64,000 nt of DNA from IMG/VR virus record IMGVR_UViG_3300025834_000173. One strand, written 5' to 3'. The number at the start of each line of letters is the position of its first letter. The first letter of the stretch is position 1. The notes beneath the pieces are model-generated. The model saw nothing but the letters and a program-made list of their open reading frames with translations, did not search any database and was not told the DNA's origin. Source of the stretch: a virus. This document shows positions 43,184 to 53,412 of this stretch, piece after piece. The position numbers and the translations under genes were made by a program.

Positions 43184-43984
43184 TTATAAACTTTCTATTA
43201 TTTCTAATAAACCCTTTTCATTATCTGCAATTTTATTCGCTTTTAACGTTATTATCTCATTCTTCATAGTTACTAGTATAGCGTTTCCAACTCCGTCAAC
43301 TTTGTGTTTAACATCTATACCCATTCTTTCTAAATCATTGTCAGGTAGCTTAAACAATAGTTTTACTGAACACTCATTTAACAACGTCATTGGTAAATCT
43401 CTTTCTATCGCTCTTTGTGTTATCAATATAAACTTTATACCTGCACATCTACACAGTTTCGTTAAACTTGTTAGTGTTGATACAAATTCTTTGTTCAATC
43501 CTTTATCTCTAAGTGTGTTTATTACAGTCCCTAATTCCTCTATTACTATGAATGTGACGTGATGGTTTTTCATTACTTCTTTGTTATTAGCTAATTCGCC
43601 CCATCTACATACCCCCAGTTCTTTCATTATACCATATCTTTTTTCTAATTCAACTTCTATTCCTATTAATACGTTTATATATTTTGATGGTTCTGTATAG
43701 TAACCTAATGAATGGTTAAGTTCAGACAACTTACTGTTAATGTAATCTTTCTTGTAGTCCATTATTATATACTTATTCTTATTCAATACTGCATTATATA
43801 ATATATTGTATAATGCCCAACTTTTACCTGTTCCAGTCATCCCACATATCAACATACTTGTTATGTCATCATTATCTAATATTACATGACTGTTGTTTCT
43901 AACTTCGTTGCCTAAGTATATAGGTGCTTTAAATCTTCCTTCTTCTTTCAACTGTTGTGTACTCTTAAATACCTCTATATTCAT
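43184..43984 (-). CDS. Soluble FtsK/SpoIIIE-type ATPase, paralogue of the 32195-35170 ATPase domain
   Basis: ICGMTGTGKSWALYN, IVIEEL, CRCAGIKFILITQR, ECSV; no TM segment. Confidence 0.78.
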   Translation of the reverse strand: MNIEVFKSTQQLKEEGRFKAPIYLGNEVRNNSHVILDNDDITSMLICGMTGTGKSWALYNILYNAVLNKNKYIIMDYKKDYINSKLSELNHSLGYYTEPSKYINVLIGIEVELEKRYGIMKELGVCRWGELANNKEVMKNHHVTFIVIEELGTVINTLRDKGLNKEFVSTLTSLTKLCRCAGIKFILITQRAIERDLPMTLLNECSVKLLFKLPDNDLERMGIDVKHKVDGVGNAILVTMKNEIITLKANKIADNEKGLLEIIESL

Positions 43985-44005
43985 TTCTTTTCCTTCAAAT
44001 TTTAT

Positions 44006-45211
44006 TTATTCTTTCTCTTGTTCTATCTCTTGTTCTTTCTCTTCTTCTATCTCGTTGTCGTCTTCCTTGCTGTCTTCATCTTCGTCCTCATCTTCATCTT
44101 CGTCGAAATATGCGTTTATTCTATCCATTCTACCTTTACTCAACTTATTGTGTACTTTCTTAGCTTTCTTAGATTGCTTAGCTTCTTCTTTTTTCATTTC
44201 CTCAGAAATTTCATTTTCTATGTTTTGTTCTTCTTCAACAAGTTTACCAAATTTTGTACCTTTATATTCTTTTATTTGTTTATATATTAATTCTTTATCA
44301 AACCACTCTTCATTTCCATCACTGTCATACAATGATTCAACAGTACAATAATTATCAAATGGTTTAATTTCACTAGGAAACTCAAAAGATTTAATTCCCC
44401 TTATTGCTAAATAGTCTTCTATGAAATTTTCTACTTCATACTTTTCAATTTGTTTAGCTATTTTGAAAAACCCAGAAGACTTTGCTATAGATACTATGGT
44501 CTGTGACATACTTTCCATAAATTTGAACTTTAATGCGTCTTCAAATATTATCACTAAATACACTGTCTCTAGTTGTTTACTATGTCTTGCCATGAATGCT
44601 ATATTATTAACGTGGTCTTGTGCTAATTCTTTAGCTTTCTGATTTTTTATCTTCTTAACGTTTCTATACATATGTTTTATATTTTCAGGTGTTCCTTTAT
44701 TTGAAGACAATTGTATTTCTTCTACTATAACTCCCTTACCTAATATGAATGACTTTATTTTTCTCATTGTTTCTCTAAAGTCTCTAGCATATGATGAGCC
44801 TTTACCTACTATATTACCCCTTATTAATTTTATTACAAAAGCCTTTCTTATACTGTCTTTTCCTTCATAACTGTAGTGTATAATACCATTATCGTCTATT
44901 CTATCAATTCCCCAAAAGTATTTATAACTACTTACTTTGTTCTCATTCAAACTGTAAAATATTTGTCTAAATCTTCCCTCTTCAAATATAGTGAATCTCA
45001 GTACAAAACTGAATACTATCAGGTATGATAGTGTTCCCAATATCATACCCATTATACTTCCCTTTGTTAAAGAGGTTAAATATGGAATCCATATAAATGC
45101 TGGTACTATTGATAATACCAATATTAACCCCTTAGACCCCGATGTAAAGTAATTCTGTCTTTTTACTGAAGTACTCTCAATAGACAAAGGAATAAAAACT
45201 TTATCATCCAT
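44006..45211 (-). CDS. TcpE/PrgI(VirB3)-like membrane protein with acidic tail
   Basis: Two N-terminal TM helices followed by a soluble domain; located upstream of the VirB4-like gene. Confidence 0.45.
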   Translation of the reverse strand: MDDKVFIPLSIESTSVKRQNYFTSGSKGLILVLSIVPAFIWIPYLTSLTKGSIMGMILGTLSYLIVFSFVLRFTIFEEGRFRQIFYSLNENKVSSYKYFWGIDRIDDNGIIHYSYEGKDSIRKAFVIKLIRGNIVGKGSSYARDFRETMRKIKSFILGKGVIVEEIQLSSNKGTPENIKHMYRNVKKIKNQKAKELAQDHVNNIAFMARHSKQLETVYLVIIFEDALKFKFMESMSQTIVSIAKSSGFFKIAKQIEKYEVENFIEDYLAIRGIKSFEFPSEIKPFDNYCTVESLYDSDGNEEWFDKELIYKQIKEYKGTKFGKLVEEEQNIENEISEEMKKEEAKQSKKAKKVHNKLSKGRMDRINAYFDEDEDEDEDEDSKEDDNEIEEEKEQEIEQEKE

Positions 45212-45213
45212 GA

Positions 45214-48200
45214 CTATTCTCCTTTATTCTTCTTATTTAGCTCTGCTAATTCTTGTATTCTGTTTTTAAATGATGTTTTTACTTCTTCTCCAACACTATT
45301 TATAGTACTGTTTATTTTATTTTTAATGTAATCTTTTTTCTCTAACTCTATTTCTTCAGCTGTTTTTATTGGGTTGTTTCGTAAAATACTATCTATTATG
45401 TATTTCTTTTCTCCCAATATACTTTCTGAACCATTACCCACATTATTTATTTTTTCTTTAATCTTGTTATAGTCGCTACTAGACAACTCTAACTCACCAG
45501 AATCACAGTTTGCTCTAATCATATTAGCTAACTCTTGCTCTCCTGCTGTTTCAGCCATATAAGCTACACTCTTCAACTCACGACTAGTTCCTTTAAATGT
45601 CACAGCTTCTTCACTAGTGTCTAGTTTTAACTTAGATGCCTCTTCATTTATTATTCTCGTGTATTCATGTTTATCTTGTGCTAATGTACTTGAATCGTCA
45701 TCAATACCTTTTCTTATTGTCATAGTATTGTCATCATTTTCAATTAAAGTATCATTTTCACCTAACCAGTTCTTAGATGACTTTATAAGTTTCTTATCAT
45801 ATTTAACTGTCATATCTCTATATCCATTCTGTTCTACTCCCTCGATTTCTGAGTAGTTATTATTTTCAGGTAATGCACTAGTTTTAACTTTAATTGTTGA
45901 TTTATTGTCTTTATTCCTTTTTACTTCATATTCAACTTTATTTCTTCCTAAATCTCTTGCTATTGTTTCTATGTTATCTGAGTTACCTTCAAATATTGTA
46001 GTATCCTCAGCTGACATATCCGTAAATACTTTCTTCTCTTTTGTTCCTGCTTTTAATTTCTCAATATTATTGAAGTTTCTAGCTAACTCTTTACCTAGTG
46101 ATTTATTTTCTGCACCGAATTCTTCTTCTACATCCATTGCATCTTTTGCACTTAATTCTGTAAGCGCTTCTGTCTTTATCTTACCGTCTGGCTGTACTAC
46201 ATCAACTTTATCACCTTTTATTGTTCTACCCTTTCCAGTATTTTTAAGAATCTTAGCGTCGTCTAATCTTTGTTTTAATTTTTCTGCCAACACTGACTCA
46301 GCTATTTCTTTAGATGTTTTAATTGTATTTTTAGGTTTTACTGTGCCTTCAACTGTATCTGTTTTAATTGGTTTAGTTCCTTTAGTACCTCCCTTTCTTG
46401 ATGCCCCTGCTTTAGCTATATCTTCTGCTACTCCGCCTTCTTTAACTTCACCAGTTCCTTCAACTTCGCCTTCCTTAGTTACTCTGTTAACTAACTCTTT
46501 GTTACTCTTATATTTTTCTCCAGTTTCTGTATTACTGCCTAAACCTAAATCTTTCTTCTTATCTTTAAGTGCTTCTTCTTTTGTTTTAGGTTTATTTTCA
46601 TCTCTAGACTTCATAAATCCTTTGTATGCATATGATGCTGCCCTACCTGCTACTGAATCTTTAACTCTATCTGTAACATTCTTAGCTATGTTGTTAAATT
46701 GTGATGCGCCTAAGTCACCCATATTTTGTGCTGCTATTTTAACTGTAGGAACTAATATAAATTTGAATGTTACTGTCATATATGCTAGTGTCACTATTAC
46801 AGTTACAAATGAACTAAACATATTCATACCACCTGATAAATCTGATGATACTGTTGTATTAAGCCCTTGTATTAATACTGTCATTATTCCAATTAACCCT
46901 AAATTTACTGCTCCAAATATACCTAATATGTACCCTGCTCCTATCCAAGCTGCCATATAATCATCGTTCTCTTTATGCCTTATAAACTTAAATATTGTCA
47001 TAAAAATTGCTATTGGCACAATTGCTATACTTACTACTCCAAACTTTAACAACCCGTATAAAGCCAGTATAATTATCAATGCTATGAAGAATACGTGTGT
47101 AAATGCACTCTTTGTTGTGGTTACATATAAAGCTGCTGTATCTGTTGACCTATTACTAGGGTCTAACTCATTTATTGGAATAACTAATGATTTTAAGTAT
47201 ACGTCACCTTGTACTCTTCCAAAATCTATATTCGTAGGCATTCTATCTTGATATGAGTATTTTCCATATCCTGATGACAATCTTTCCGTAATCTCAAAAC
47301 TTATTTTAAGTTTCAGTAAATCATTTAGTGCTGTTTTATATAAGTTATCTCCAACTGAACCGTCTGCTATTCTTGTATTTTCTATATCCCAGAAATTATT
47401 TAAATAGTAATCATAAACTTCATTATTTATTTCTTCTGCCATCTTACCTATATTTATTTTATCAGCTTTGTTTATAGTTTCTGTGCTAGAATAAGCCATT
47501 GAATACAACAAGTTATATATCATAAATGTATCAGAAGCTGCTTGACTACTGTCTTTTGAATTTGGATTAATCATATCCTGCATTAACAATGTAGTATCTT
47601 TCAATCTCTCACTTTCTGCTTCATCTACTGTTACTCCAGATTCTAATAATTCTGTATAGTCATATATTATATTTCCGTCTTCATCATATTCTATCAAACC
47701 ATCATGTAATCTGCTTAATATTTCATCTTTGTTTTGCCCTGTCTTAGTTTGGTCGAATACAATTTTCTCTGTTATTATTCTTCCTCTTTCAGATATATCG
47801 TTAGGATTAAATGAATTAGTTGGTGTTAAACTTTCACCTTGTTCTATATCATCATAATACTCAAATACCTTTTTACCTATTTCAGAAGCTTTTATAAACC
47901 CTTCTGTTTCTATGCTATCTTTATTCAATGCTGAATATTTAAATGTTGAATAATCTTTAGATTTAGAATCACTTGTTACATACATCTCAAATTCAGCAAA
48001 TCCAGTTATTCCGCTGTAATCTCCAGAATATTTATTCAATAAGAAATCAAATAATGTGTAAGTTGAATCTCCACTGCTTTCATTTTCAGATGTATTATAT
48101 TTATAATAGTCTATAAGATGACCTAATTCTACGTTAACTGTGTATCTGTCGTCACCTGTTTTACTAGCTTTTGTTTTAGCTTCTGTCTCTCCAAAATTAT

Positions 48201-49953
48201 TTATTTGACTTAAATTCTGAGTATCCCCGTATAAATTTCCTATATGTTCTCTTGTTCTAAATGCTATACTATAGTTGAAATCTGATTTTCTAAATACTCT
48301 ACTCTGTTGTACTAACTCTATAGGTAATAATTCTTTTCTTGAATCAAATCTTTCTTTGTCTAAGTATAACCATCTATCCATCAACATTATCTGATTTATC
48401 TGCTCATTTAGTATATTTTCAACTGGTTTATTCATAGCTACATTAGTCAGTATAGGATATACTTGAAATGGAATAAAAAATATCAGTATTACCATGGCTA
48501 CCTGGCCTAAAGTTTTTCTTATTGTGGATTCTCCACCTAAAAATCTATATAACGATATTATGAATAACAATAATATAAGTGCTATAGATATAGCCGAATA
48601 CATATTCCTTATCATATAATAACTTCCAGTATCTCGCAAAGTTGACGTATTAAATACGTATCTTGATGAAAAATCTATAAATAACTCTTGATAAGCTACG
48701 TTTACTAAATATGCCCAAGTAAGAGTTATTAATTCTCCGAATCCGCCTTCTAATACAGTCATTATCATACTTTTAAGCTTAAAATCTAATTGTGCCATAG
48801 GGTCTTCATTTAAGTTCGGATAATCATAATCTGATTCTCCTTCAAATAATTCTCTTTTTTCAGGGTTGTCTTCAGCGTTTCTAAACACTGTACCGTTATA
48901 CTCTTCTATTGCCCCTTTAAAATTTTCGTAAATGAAATCCACCATCTCTTGAGTTTTACCTTCTTCAGAACCAAGAGTTTCAGCTGCTTTAGATGTTTCT
49001 ATTGTAACTTTTTCTGTTTCTCCACTATCTTTTAATAATGCTACTTCTAATTCAACTGGTCCGCCATCATAACTAGAAAACCCTTTGAATTTACTTATCA
49101 TTGTATCATCTTTTAGTCTATCTACAACCAATGAATCAGTGCCATCTGCTTTATCAATCTGGTCTATGAAATAAGTATTCATATAAAATGGTACTATTAT
49201 ATCGCCTTTATTTGTTATTATATTTCCGTAGTTATCCATTCCTACTGCATTAGTACTTTTATCATATCCCATTGCATAATACTTAGCGTTTATGTAATAG
49301 TTCATGTACGTATAAAAATCTTTGTCTTCAGCACTAGTTGCTGATTCAGGTGTATTAGAATTAGGATTTTTTATTTTAAATTCGTCTTCTAAATACTGTG
49401 AATACAATGTTGCTACCCCTAACTTCCAAGGTACAATTACAATTAACCCTGTTTTCTTAGTGTCTACTCTGATAAAATCTTCCCCTAAAACTGCTATTGA
49501 TGAAGCGTCAAGATTATCTTTCACATGAAGTGGAAAATGAGCTATTCTAGATTCCCCTGTTGTATCTTTAAACATTTTAGAGTAAGAATCCTCTTTATTC
49601 AATGTCTCATCATTTAACATTTCTTCAATCATCTTTTTGAATATTTCATCATTGTAAACATATTCATCATACCCAACTATTTTATCATTTTTGCCGCTTA
49701 GTTGGTCTATCAAATTCTGTATTGCTGTTATTAAAGGTGTAAGAAAACCATATTCTGCTTTCTTTTTTTCAGGTGTTTCTGTTGCAGGTGTTTCTGTTGC
49801 AGGTGTTTCCTTTGTAGTTGTCTGTGATATAGGTGTTTTTATTAAAGGTGTTTCTACTCTATTTATACCAGGTGTTAATGCTATTCCGTAAATGATGCCT
49901 TGAAATAATATTATAAATATCAGTAAAAAACACAAAACGCGTTTTCCATGCAT
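45214..49953 (-). CDS. Very large polytopic membrane protein, VirB6/TcpH-like mating-channel component
   Basis: Probable start MHGKRV (ATG at 49953, RBS GGGAGG). Signal peptide, two TM clusters, long charged C-terminal tail, ETPAT repeats. Confidence 0.55.
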   Translation of the reverse strand: MHGKRVLCFLLIFIILFQGIIYGIALTPGINRVETPLIKTPISQTTTKETPATETPATETPEKKKAEYGFLTPLITAIQNLIDQLSGKNDKIVGYDEYVYNDEIFKKMIEEMLNDETLNKEDSYSKMFKDTTGESRIAHFPLHVKDNLDASSIAVLGEDFIRVDTKKTGLIVIVPWKLGVATLYSQYLEDEFKIKNPNSNTPESATSAEDKDFYTYMNYYINAKYYAMGYDKSTNAVGMDNYGNIITNKGDIIVPFYMNTYFIDQIDKADGTDSLVVDRLKDDTMISKFKGFSSYDGGPVELEVALLKDSGETEKVTIETSKAAETLGSEEGKTQEMVDFIYENFKGAIEEYNGTVFRNAEDNPEKRELFEGESDYDYPNLNEDPMAQLDFKLKSMIMTVLEGGFGELITLTWAYLVNVAYQELFIDFSSRYVFNTSTLRDTGSYYMIRNMYSAISIALILLLFIISLYRFLGGESTIRKTLGQVAMVILIFFIPFQVYPILTNVAMNKPVENILNEQINQIMLMDRWLYLDKERFDSRKELLPIELVQQSRVFRKSDFNYSIAFRTREHIGNLYGDTQNLSQINNFGETEAKTKASKTGDDRYTVNVELGHLIDYYKYNTSENESSGDSTYTLFDFLLNKYSGDYSGITGFAEFEMYVTSDSKSKDYSTFKYSALNKDSIETEGFIKASEIGKKVFEYYDDIEQGESLTPTNSFNPNDISERGRIITEKIVFDQTKTGQNKDEILSRLHDGLIEYDEDGNIIYDYTELLESGVTVDEAESERLKDTTLLMQDMINPNSKDSSQAASDTFMIYNLLYSMAYSSTETINKADKINIGKMAEEINNEVYDYYLNNFWDIENTRIADGSVGDNLYKTALNDLLKLKISFEITERLSSGYGKYSYQDRMPTNIDFGRVQGDVYLKSLVIPINELDPSNRSTDTAALYVTTTKSAFTHVFFIALIIILALYGLLKFGVVSIAIVPIAIFMTIFKFIRHKENDDYMAAWIGAGYILGIFGAVNLGLIGIMTVLIQGLNTTVSSDLSGGMNMFSSFVTVIVTLAYMTVTFKFILVPTVKIAAQNMGDLGASQFNNIAKNVTDRVKDSVAGRAASYAYKGFMKSRDENKPKTKEEALKDKKKDLGLGSNTETGEKYKSNKELVNRVTKEGEVEGTGEVKEGGVAEDIAKAGASRKGGTKGTKPIKTDTVEGTVKPKNTIKTSKEIAESVLAEKLKQRLDDAKILKNTGKGRTIKGDKVDVVQPDGKIKTEALTELSAKDAMDVEEEFGAENKSLGKELARNFNNIEKLKAGTKEKKVFTDMSAEDTTIFEGNSDNIETIARDLGRNKVEYEVKRNKDNKSTIKVKTSALPENNNYSEIEGVEQNGYRDMTVKYDKKLIKSSKNWLGENDTLIENDDNTMTIRKGIDDDSSTLAQDKHEYTRIINEEASKLKLDTSEEAVTFKGTSRELKSVAYMAETAGEQELANMIRANCDSGELELSSSDYNKIKEKINNVGNGSESILGEKKYIIDSILRNNPIKTAEEIELEKKDYIKNKINSTINSVGEEVKTSFKNRIQELAELNKKNKGE

Positions 49954-50029
49954 AATTAGTCCTCCCAATCAAATTTATTTTTTAAAATTTATTAAAACAT
50001 CAAATAATTTATACATTAAAGATAATAAA

Positions 50030-50055
50030 AAGGGACACATTTGTATGTGTCCCTT
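50030..50055 (-). terminator. Intrinsic terminator
   Basis: AAGGGACACAT-TTGT-ATGTGTCCCTT flanked by A/T runs. Confidence 0.85.
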
Positions 50056-50068
50056 ATTTTTGTTTTTA

Positions 50069-50938
50069 TTAATTAGCAGGTTTTTTAGCTACAGTTCCCT
50101 CTTTTATAGTACTATAATCCTTACCATTTTGAAGTAATAAATTATCTACGTTTTTATTGTGTGAATTATAGTCGTATTCTCTAAGTGTTTGTTCATCATC
50201 AGATAACTTTGTATTTCCTGCGTCTACCTTACCTTTTAATACTTCTAATTGTGCTTTTATTTCTACTGAATACTGTTCTGCCGCCCAGTATGCATTCCAA
50301 TAAGATATTGCTATTTTTTTATATTCATCATTAGATATCTCTTCTGTACTACTTAATCTCTGTAATGCTGCTGTCATATATGAAGTATATCTAGTATGAC
50401 CTTCCATTAAGTTTTTAGCGCTACTTTTCGTAAATGCTGCTCCTATTGCATCTGGTGAAATATCCAATGCTTCTACATAAGGTACTGGATTTATATTTGC
50501 TATTTTAGCTATTACTGCACCACTTGTTGCTGTTAATGTACCTGCTAGTGGGAACAATTGACCTGAAATCATCAAACCTATGAATGCTATCATTATCAAA
50601 TGTTTAACAGCATATTTTGAAAGATAACTTGCTGCATCTGGAGGTAATTCTCCGCCATTTTTGAATGATGAGAATGAGAAGAACCCACCCTTTGCTCTAC
50701 CTATTGCCCCTGTGTCTTTAGTATTTGAAATTATACTTCCTAAGCCTGCCATTAATACTACGTCGGCACCTATTCTTAAAAGAACGAACACCAATGCTGC
50801 TATTCCTAAATAAGCTACTATCGATGATGCAAATGATAGTATTGGACTCATTAAGAATCCTGCCCCTGCTATATCAGGGTACATCTCTGGAGAATTAAGT
50901 ATTTGTAAAAAATCATATAGACCTTGTTGAGCTAGCAT
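50069..50938 (-). CDS. Membrane protein, possibly VirB2/pilin-like mating-pair subunit
   Basis: Ala/Gly-rich hydrophobic helices in the N-terminal half; own terminator; the VirB2-like call is inference. Confidence 0.4.
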   Translation of the reverse strand: MLAQQGLYDFLQILNSPEMYPDIAGAGFLMSPILSFASSIVAYLGIAALVFVLLRIGADVVLMAGLGSIISNTKDTGAIGRAKGGFFSFSSFKNGGELPPDAASYLSKYAVKHLIMIAFIGLMISGQLFPLAGTLTATSGAVIAKIANINPVPYVEALDISPDAIGAAFTKSSAKNLMEGHTRYTSYMTAALQRLSSTEEISNDEYKKIAISYWNAYWAAEQYSVEIKAQLEVLKGKVDAGNTKLSDDEQTLREYDYNSHNKNVDNLLLQNGKDYSTIKEGTVAKKPAN

Positions 50939-50976
50939 AATTTTTTTCCTCCTTATTTTTATTTTGTTATATTATA

Positions 50977-52179
50977 TTATGTTATTGTCATTATCCACAG
51001 TGTTATGTGTGTTACTATTGACTGTAAAAATCCTGTTATTATTAAAGCTATTGATACAGCAACAAATGCTGTTACTATTAGCAATTCTTTAACTATATCT
51101 TCGTCTGAACAATCTAGTTTTCCCCGTGTGATTTTCTTCATTATCTTATTTACTTGAAATACCCCTAAAAAATAGAATAGGTACAATACCCATGTTGTTA
51201 CCATAAGAATAATTAATCCGTAAACTAGTATTGATATCAAAGTAAATATTGCCTTTATTACTGCTCTAGTTATTTTATAAGATGAATAATCTAATTTTTG
51301 ATTATATTCACTTGTTCCAGTTACTGTAGTTGAATACTCAGTATCTGTATCTACATCACTAAATTCAGGTGTCTCTTTTACCCAAGACGCTGTACCCAAT
51401 GCATTACCTAAAATACCACCATAGCGGTTTGCAGTAGGTATACTCATATCACTGTAATCTTCATCTTCAAATTTTATACCTGTATATTTCTCATAATTGT
51501 CATTCAACTTTGTGTAAAAATCAATGTATTTTGTAGTACCTATTTCTACCAATGATTGTGGAGGTAACATTATACTTGCTGATACAGACTTATAATTTGA
51601 ATTTGTAGATAGTCCTCTTTTTATTGTGCTAAGTTGAGTATTTTGAATATATTCATCATTTGTAGGTATTACATACGTTGGTAGATTCTTTCCACTACTA
51701 TAACCGTTATAAAACCACAATATTGAAAATGCATCTTCCTTTACTGTTTCTCCGTATTTACTGTCTCCTACAAAATCACCATTTTTTATATTGGCTAGTT
51801 TTCCTTTTATTACTTGTGTTGATAACCAAACATTCAATGCTGCATTTTTATTACGTTCTTCTTTACTATATCCTTGACCGCTAACATCATTTATTTGCAT
51901 TATGCCTGCATCAAAAGTACCATTACTATTAGGTGATATTTGAGGTACTCCCTTGCTTTCCTTACACATTATAATTTTTAAAAATGCAGGGTCTATATCA
52001 GCTATTATTCCAGAAACATATAATAAATTGTTATATGTATTTACACACCCGAAATCTAAATCTTCAGGTCCACTTAATCCAAATGTTTCTGTGGCGTATA
52101 CTTCTGTAAAATTCCCAAATATTATTAATACACTTAATATTAATACCAGTATTCTATTTTTATTTTTAAGTTTTTCCAT
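50977..52179 (-). CDS. Lytic transglycosylase (SLT/VirB1-like) with C-terminal TM helices
   Basis: Signal peptide, IIMCKES (catalytic Glu), DAGIMQIN, WFYNG. Confidence 0.82.
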   Translation of the reverse strand: MEKLKNKNRILVLILSVLIIFGNFTEVYATETFGLSGPEDLDFGCVNTYNNLLYVSGIIADIDPAFLKIIMCKESKGVPQISPNSNGTFDAGIMQINDVSGQGYSKEERNKNAALNVWLSTQVIKGKLANIKNGDFVGDSKYGETVKEDAFSILWFYNGYSSGKNLPTYVIPTNDEYIQNTQLSTIKRGLSTNSNYKSVSASIMLPPQSLVEIGTTKYIDFYTKLNDNYEKYTGIKFEDEDYSDMSIPTANRYGGILGNALGTASWVKETPEFSDVDTDTEYSTTVTGTSEYNQKLDYSSYKITRAVIKAIFTLISILVYGLIILMVTTWVLYLFYFLGVFQVNKIMKKITRGKLDCSDEDIVKELLIVTAFVAVSIALIITGFLQSIVTHITLWIMTIT

Positions 52180-52193
52180 ATCCTCATCACCAC

Positions 52194-52511
52194 CTAAAAA
52201 GATACAGGTGATATCTCAAGTAATTTGTTTACTACATTACAATTGTATATTCTCGTAAATTCCTTATCAGTAACCAATATACTAAATAGCTGTGTGCTAT
52301 CTTTATTGGGTTTAACTACTATTTTTGATTTACCTTCTTCAAATACTTTTTCTAGCATGTAAACTACGGATTTCTTAAAGTCTAAGTATTCTTGATTTGT
52401 CTTACTCTTGTCTTTGTATCTCTCAATTAAATTTCTAGATACTTGATTTTCATTGACATACATATTCTTATAATCATTTAATTCTTTTAACCTATCTTTT
52501 ATTATCCCCAT
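52194..52511 (-). CDS. Hypothetical protein
   Basis: Open frame with GGGG RBS; fits the operon. Confidence 0.6.
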   Translation of the reverse strand: MGIIKDRLKELNDYKNMYVNENQVSRNLIERYKDKSKTNQEYLDFKKSVVYMLEKVFEEGKSKIVVKPNKDSTQLFSILVTDKEFTRIYNCNVVNKLLEISPVSF

Positions 52512-52635
52512 TTCAACCCCCTGCTGTCTGACACTATTTCCAGAATTTTACATCCTTTACTTAAGCATAAAATTCCCGACTTACCAACATATAAATTTCG
52601 GTTCAACTAATCGGTTCCAACAATCATTTTTAGAC

Positions 52636-52674
52636 AAAAAAAGAATAACAATCTGTATAGGTTGCTATTCTTTT
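52636..52674 (-). terminator. Intrinsic terminator ending the accessory gene block
   Basis: AAAAGAATAACAATCT...AGGTTGCTATTCTTTT imperfect stem with an A-run (U-tract on the minus strand). Confidence 0.65.
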
Positions 52675-52693
52675 ACTTTTGTTATTCACTTAT

Positions 52694-52915
52694 TTAAATA
52701 TAAAATGCTTCTGATAAAAATATGTTCTTACCTTCATTATATTCCCGTGCGTAAATACCTCTGTACCAATCACCGCTATCATTGTAACTCCAAATAACAT
52801 AAGGAGTAACTTTATTATCTGTTTCACAAAATACTACCTTATTATCATCATTTATAGCTATTATCTTTATGTCTGCTTCTTCCATTCTTGTTACTAAATT
52901 TAATAATCTAGACAT
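52694..52915 (-). CDS. Small hypothetical protein (paralogue of 59326-59547)
   Basis: GGAGG RBS; shared V-x-W-x-Y...Y-x-G-x-Y...REY motif. Confidence 0.65.
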   Translation of the reverse strand: MSRLLNLVTRMEEADIKIIAINDDNKVVFCETDNKVTPYVIWSYNDSGDWYRGIYAREYNEGKNIFLSEAFYI

Positions 52916-52934
52916 TTTGATTCCTCCATTTATT

Positions 52935-53249
52935 TTAAATTATATAAGGTTTAACATATTCTAATATTTCGTTTGAATCTTCTTCACTGCATCTTATTAT
53001 ATAATATTCAGTGTTCTTTTGCACTATTTCATCAGCTAAGAATCTTCCATACATTAGTTGCTCTTTTTCTGTGTATCTCTGTTTTGCTCTTTCTATTTCA
53101 AATATGTTATGTTCATTCTTCAGTACGGATATTATTTTTCCGAAATATTCTTCTTTATCTCCCAATAATTTTATAACTTCTTTAGGTATATTCTTGCCTA
53201 TTTTAATTTCTTTATACTTCCCAATACCCTCTTCCATATCTTTCTCCAC
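52935..53249 (-). CDS. Hypothetical protein
   Basis: Open frame in the operon; the start may be at 53237. Confidence 0.6.
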   Translation of the reverse strand: MEKDMEEGIGKYKEIKIGKNIPKEVIKLLGDKEEYFGKIISVLKNEHNIFEIERAKQRYTEKEQLMYGRFLADEIVQKNTEYYIIRCSEEDSNEILEYVKPYII

Positions 53250-53254
53250 TTTAT

Positions 53255-53410
53255 CTAAGGTAATATTATTTTGAGTCCGTAATCTTCTTCATATTCTTTA
53301 TAGTTAATCGGTTCTAAATTCAAACTTTCTGTATATGTCCTAAATTCCTCATCTGTCATACTATCCATAAATTCTAAACATCTATCTAATATGTCATTTT
53401 CTTTACCCAT
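53255..53410 (-). CDS. Small acidic hypothetical protein
   Basis: Probable start MGKENDIL right after the thyX stop. Confidence 0.45.
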   Translation of the reverse strand: MGKENDILDRCLEFMDSMTDEEFRTYTESLNLEPINYKEYEEDYGLKIILP

Positions 53411-53412
53411 GA

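Noticed and set aside
52512-52693. Possible riboswitch or ncRNA in the slightly GC-richer gap upstream of the transfer operon
   Set aside because: Apart from the terminator no convincing structure or known consensus was seen.
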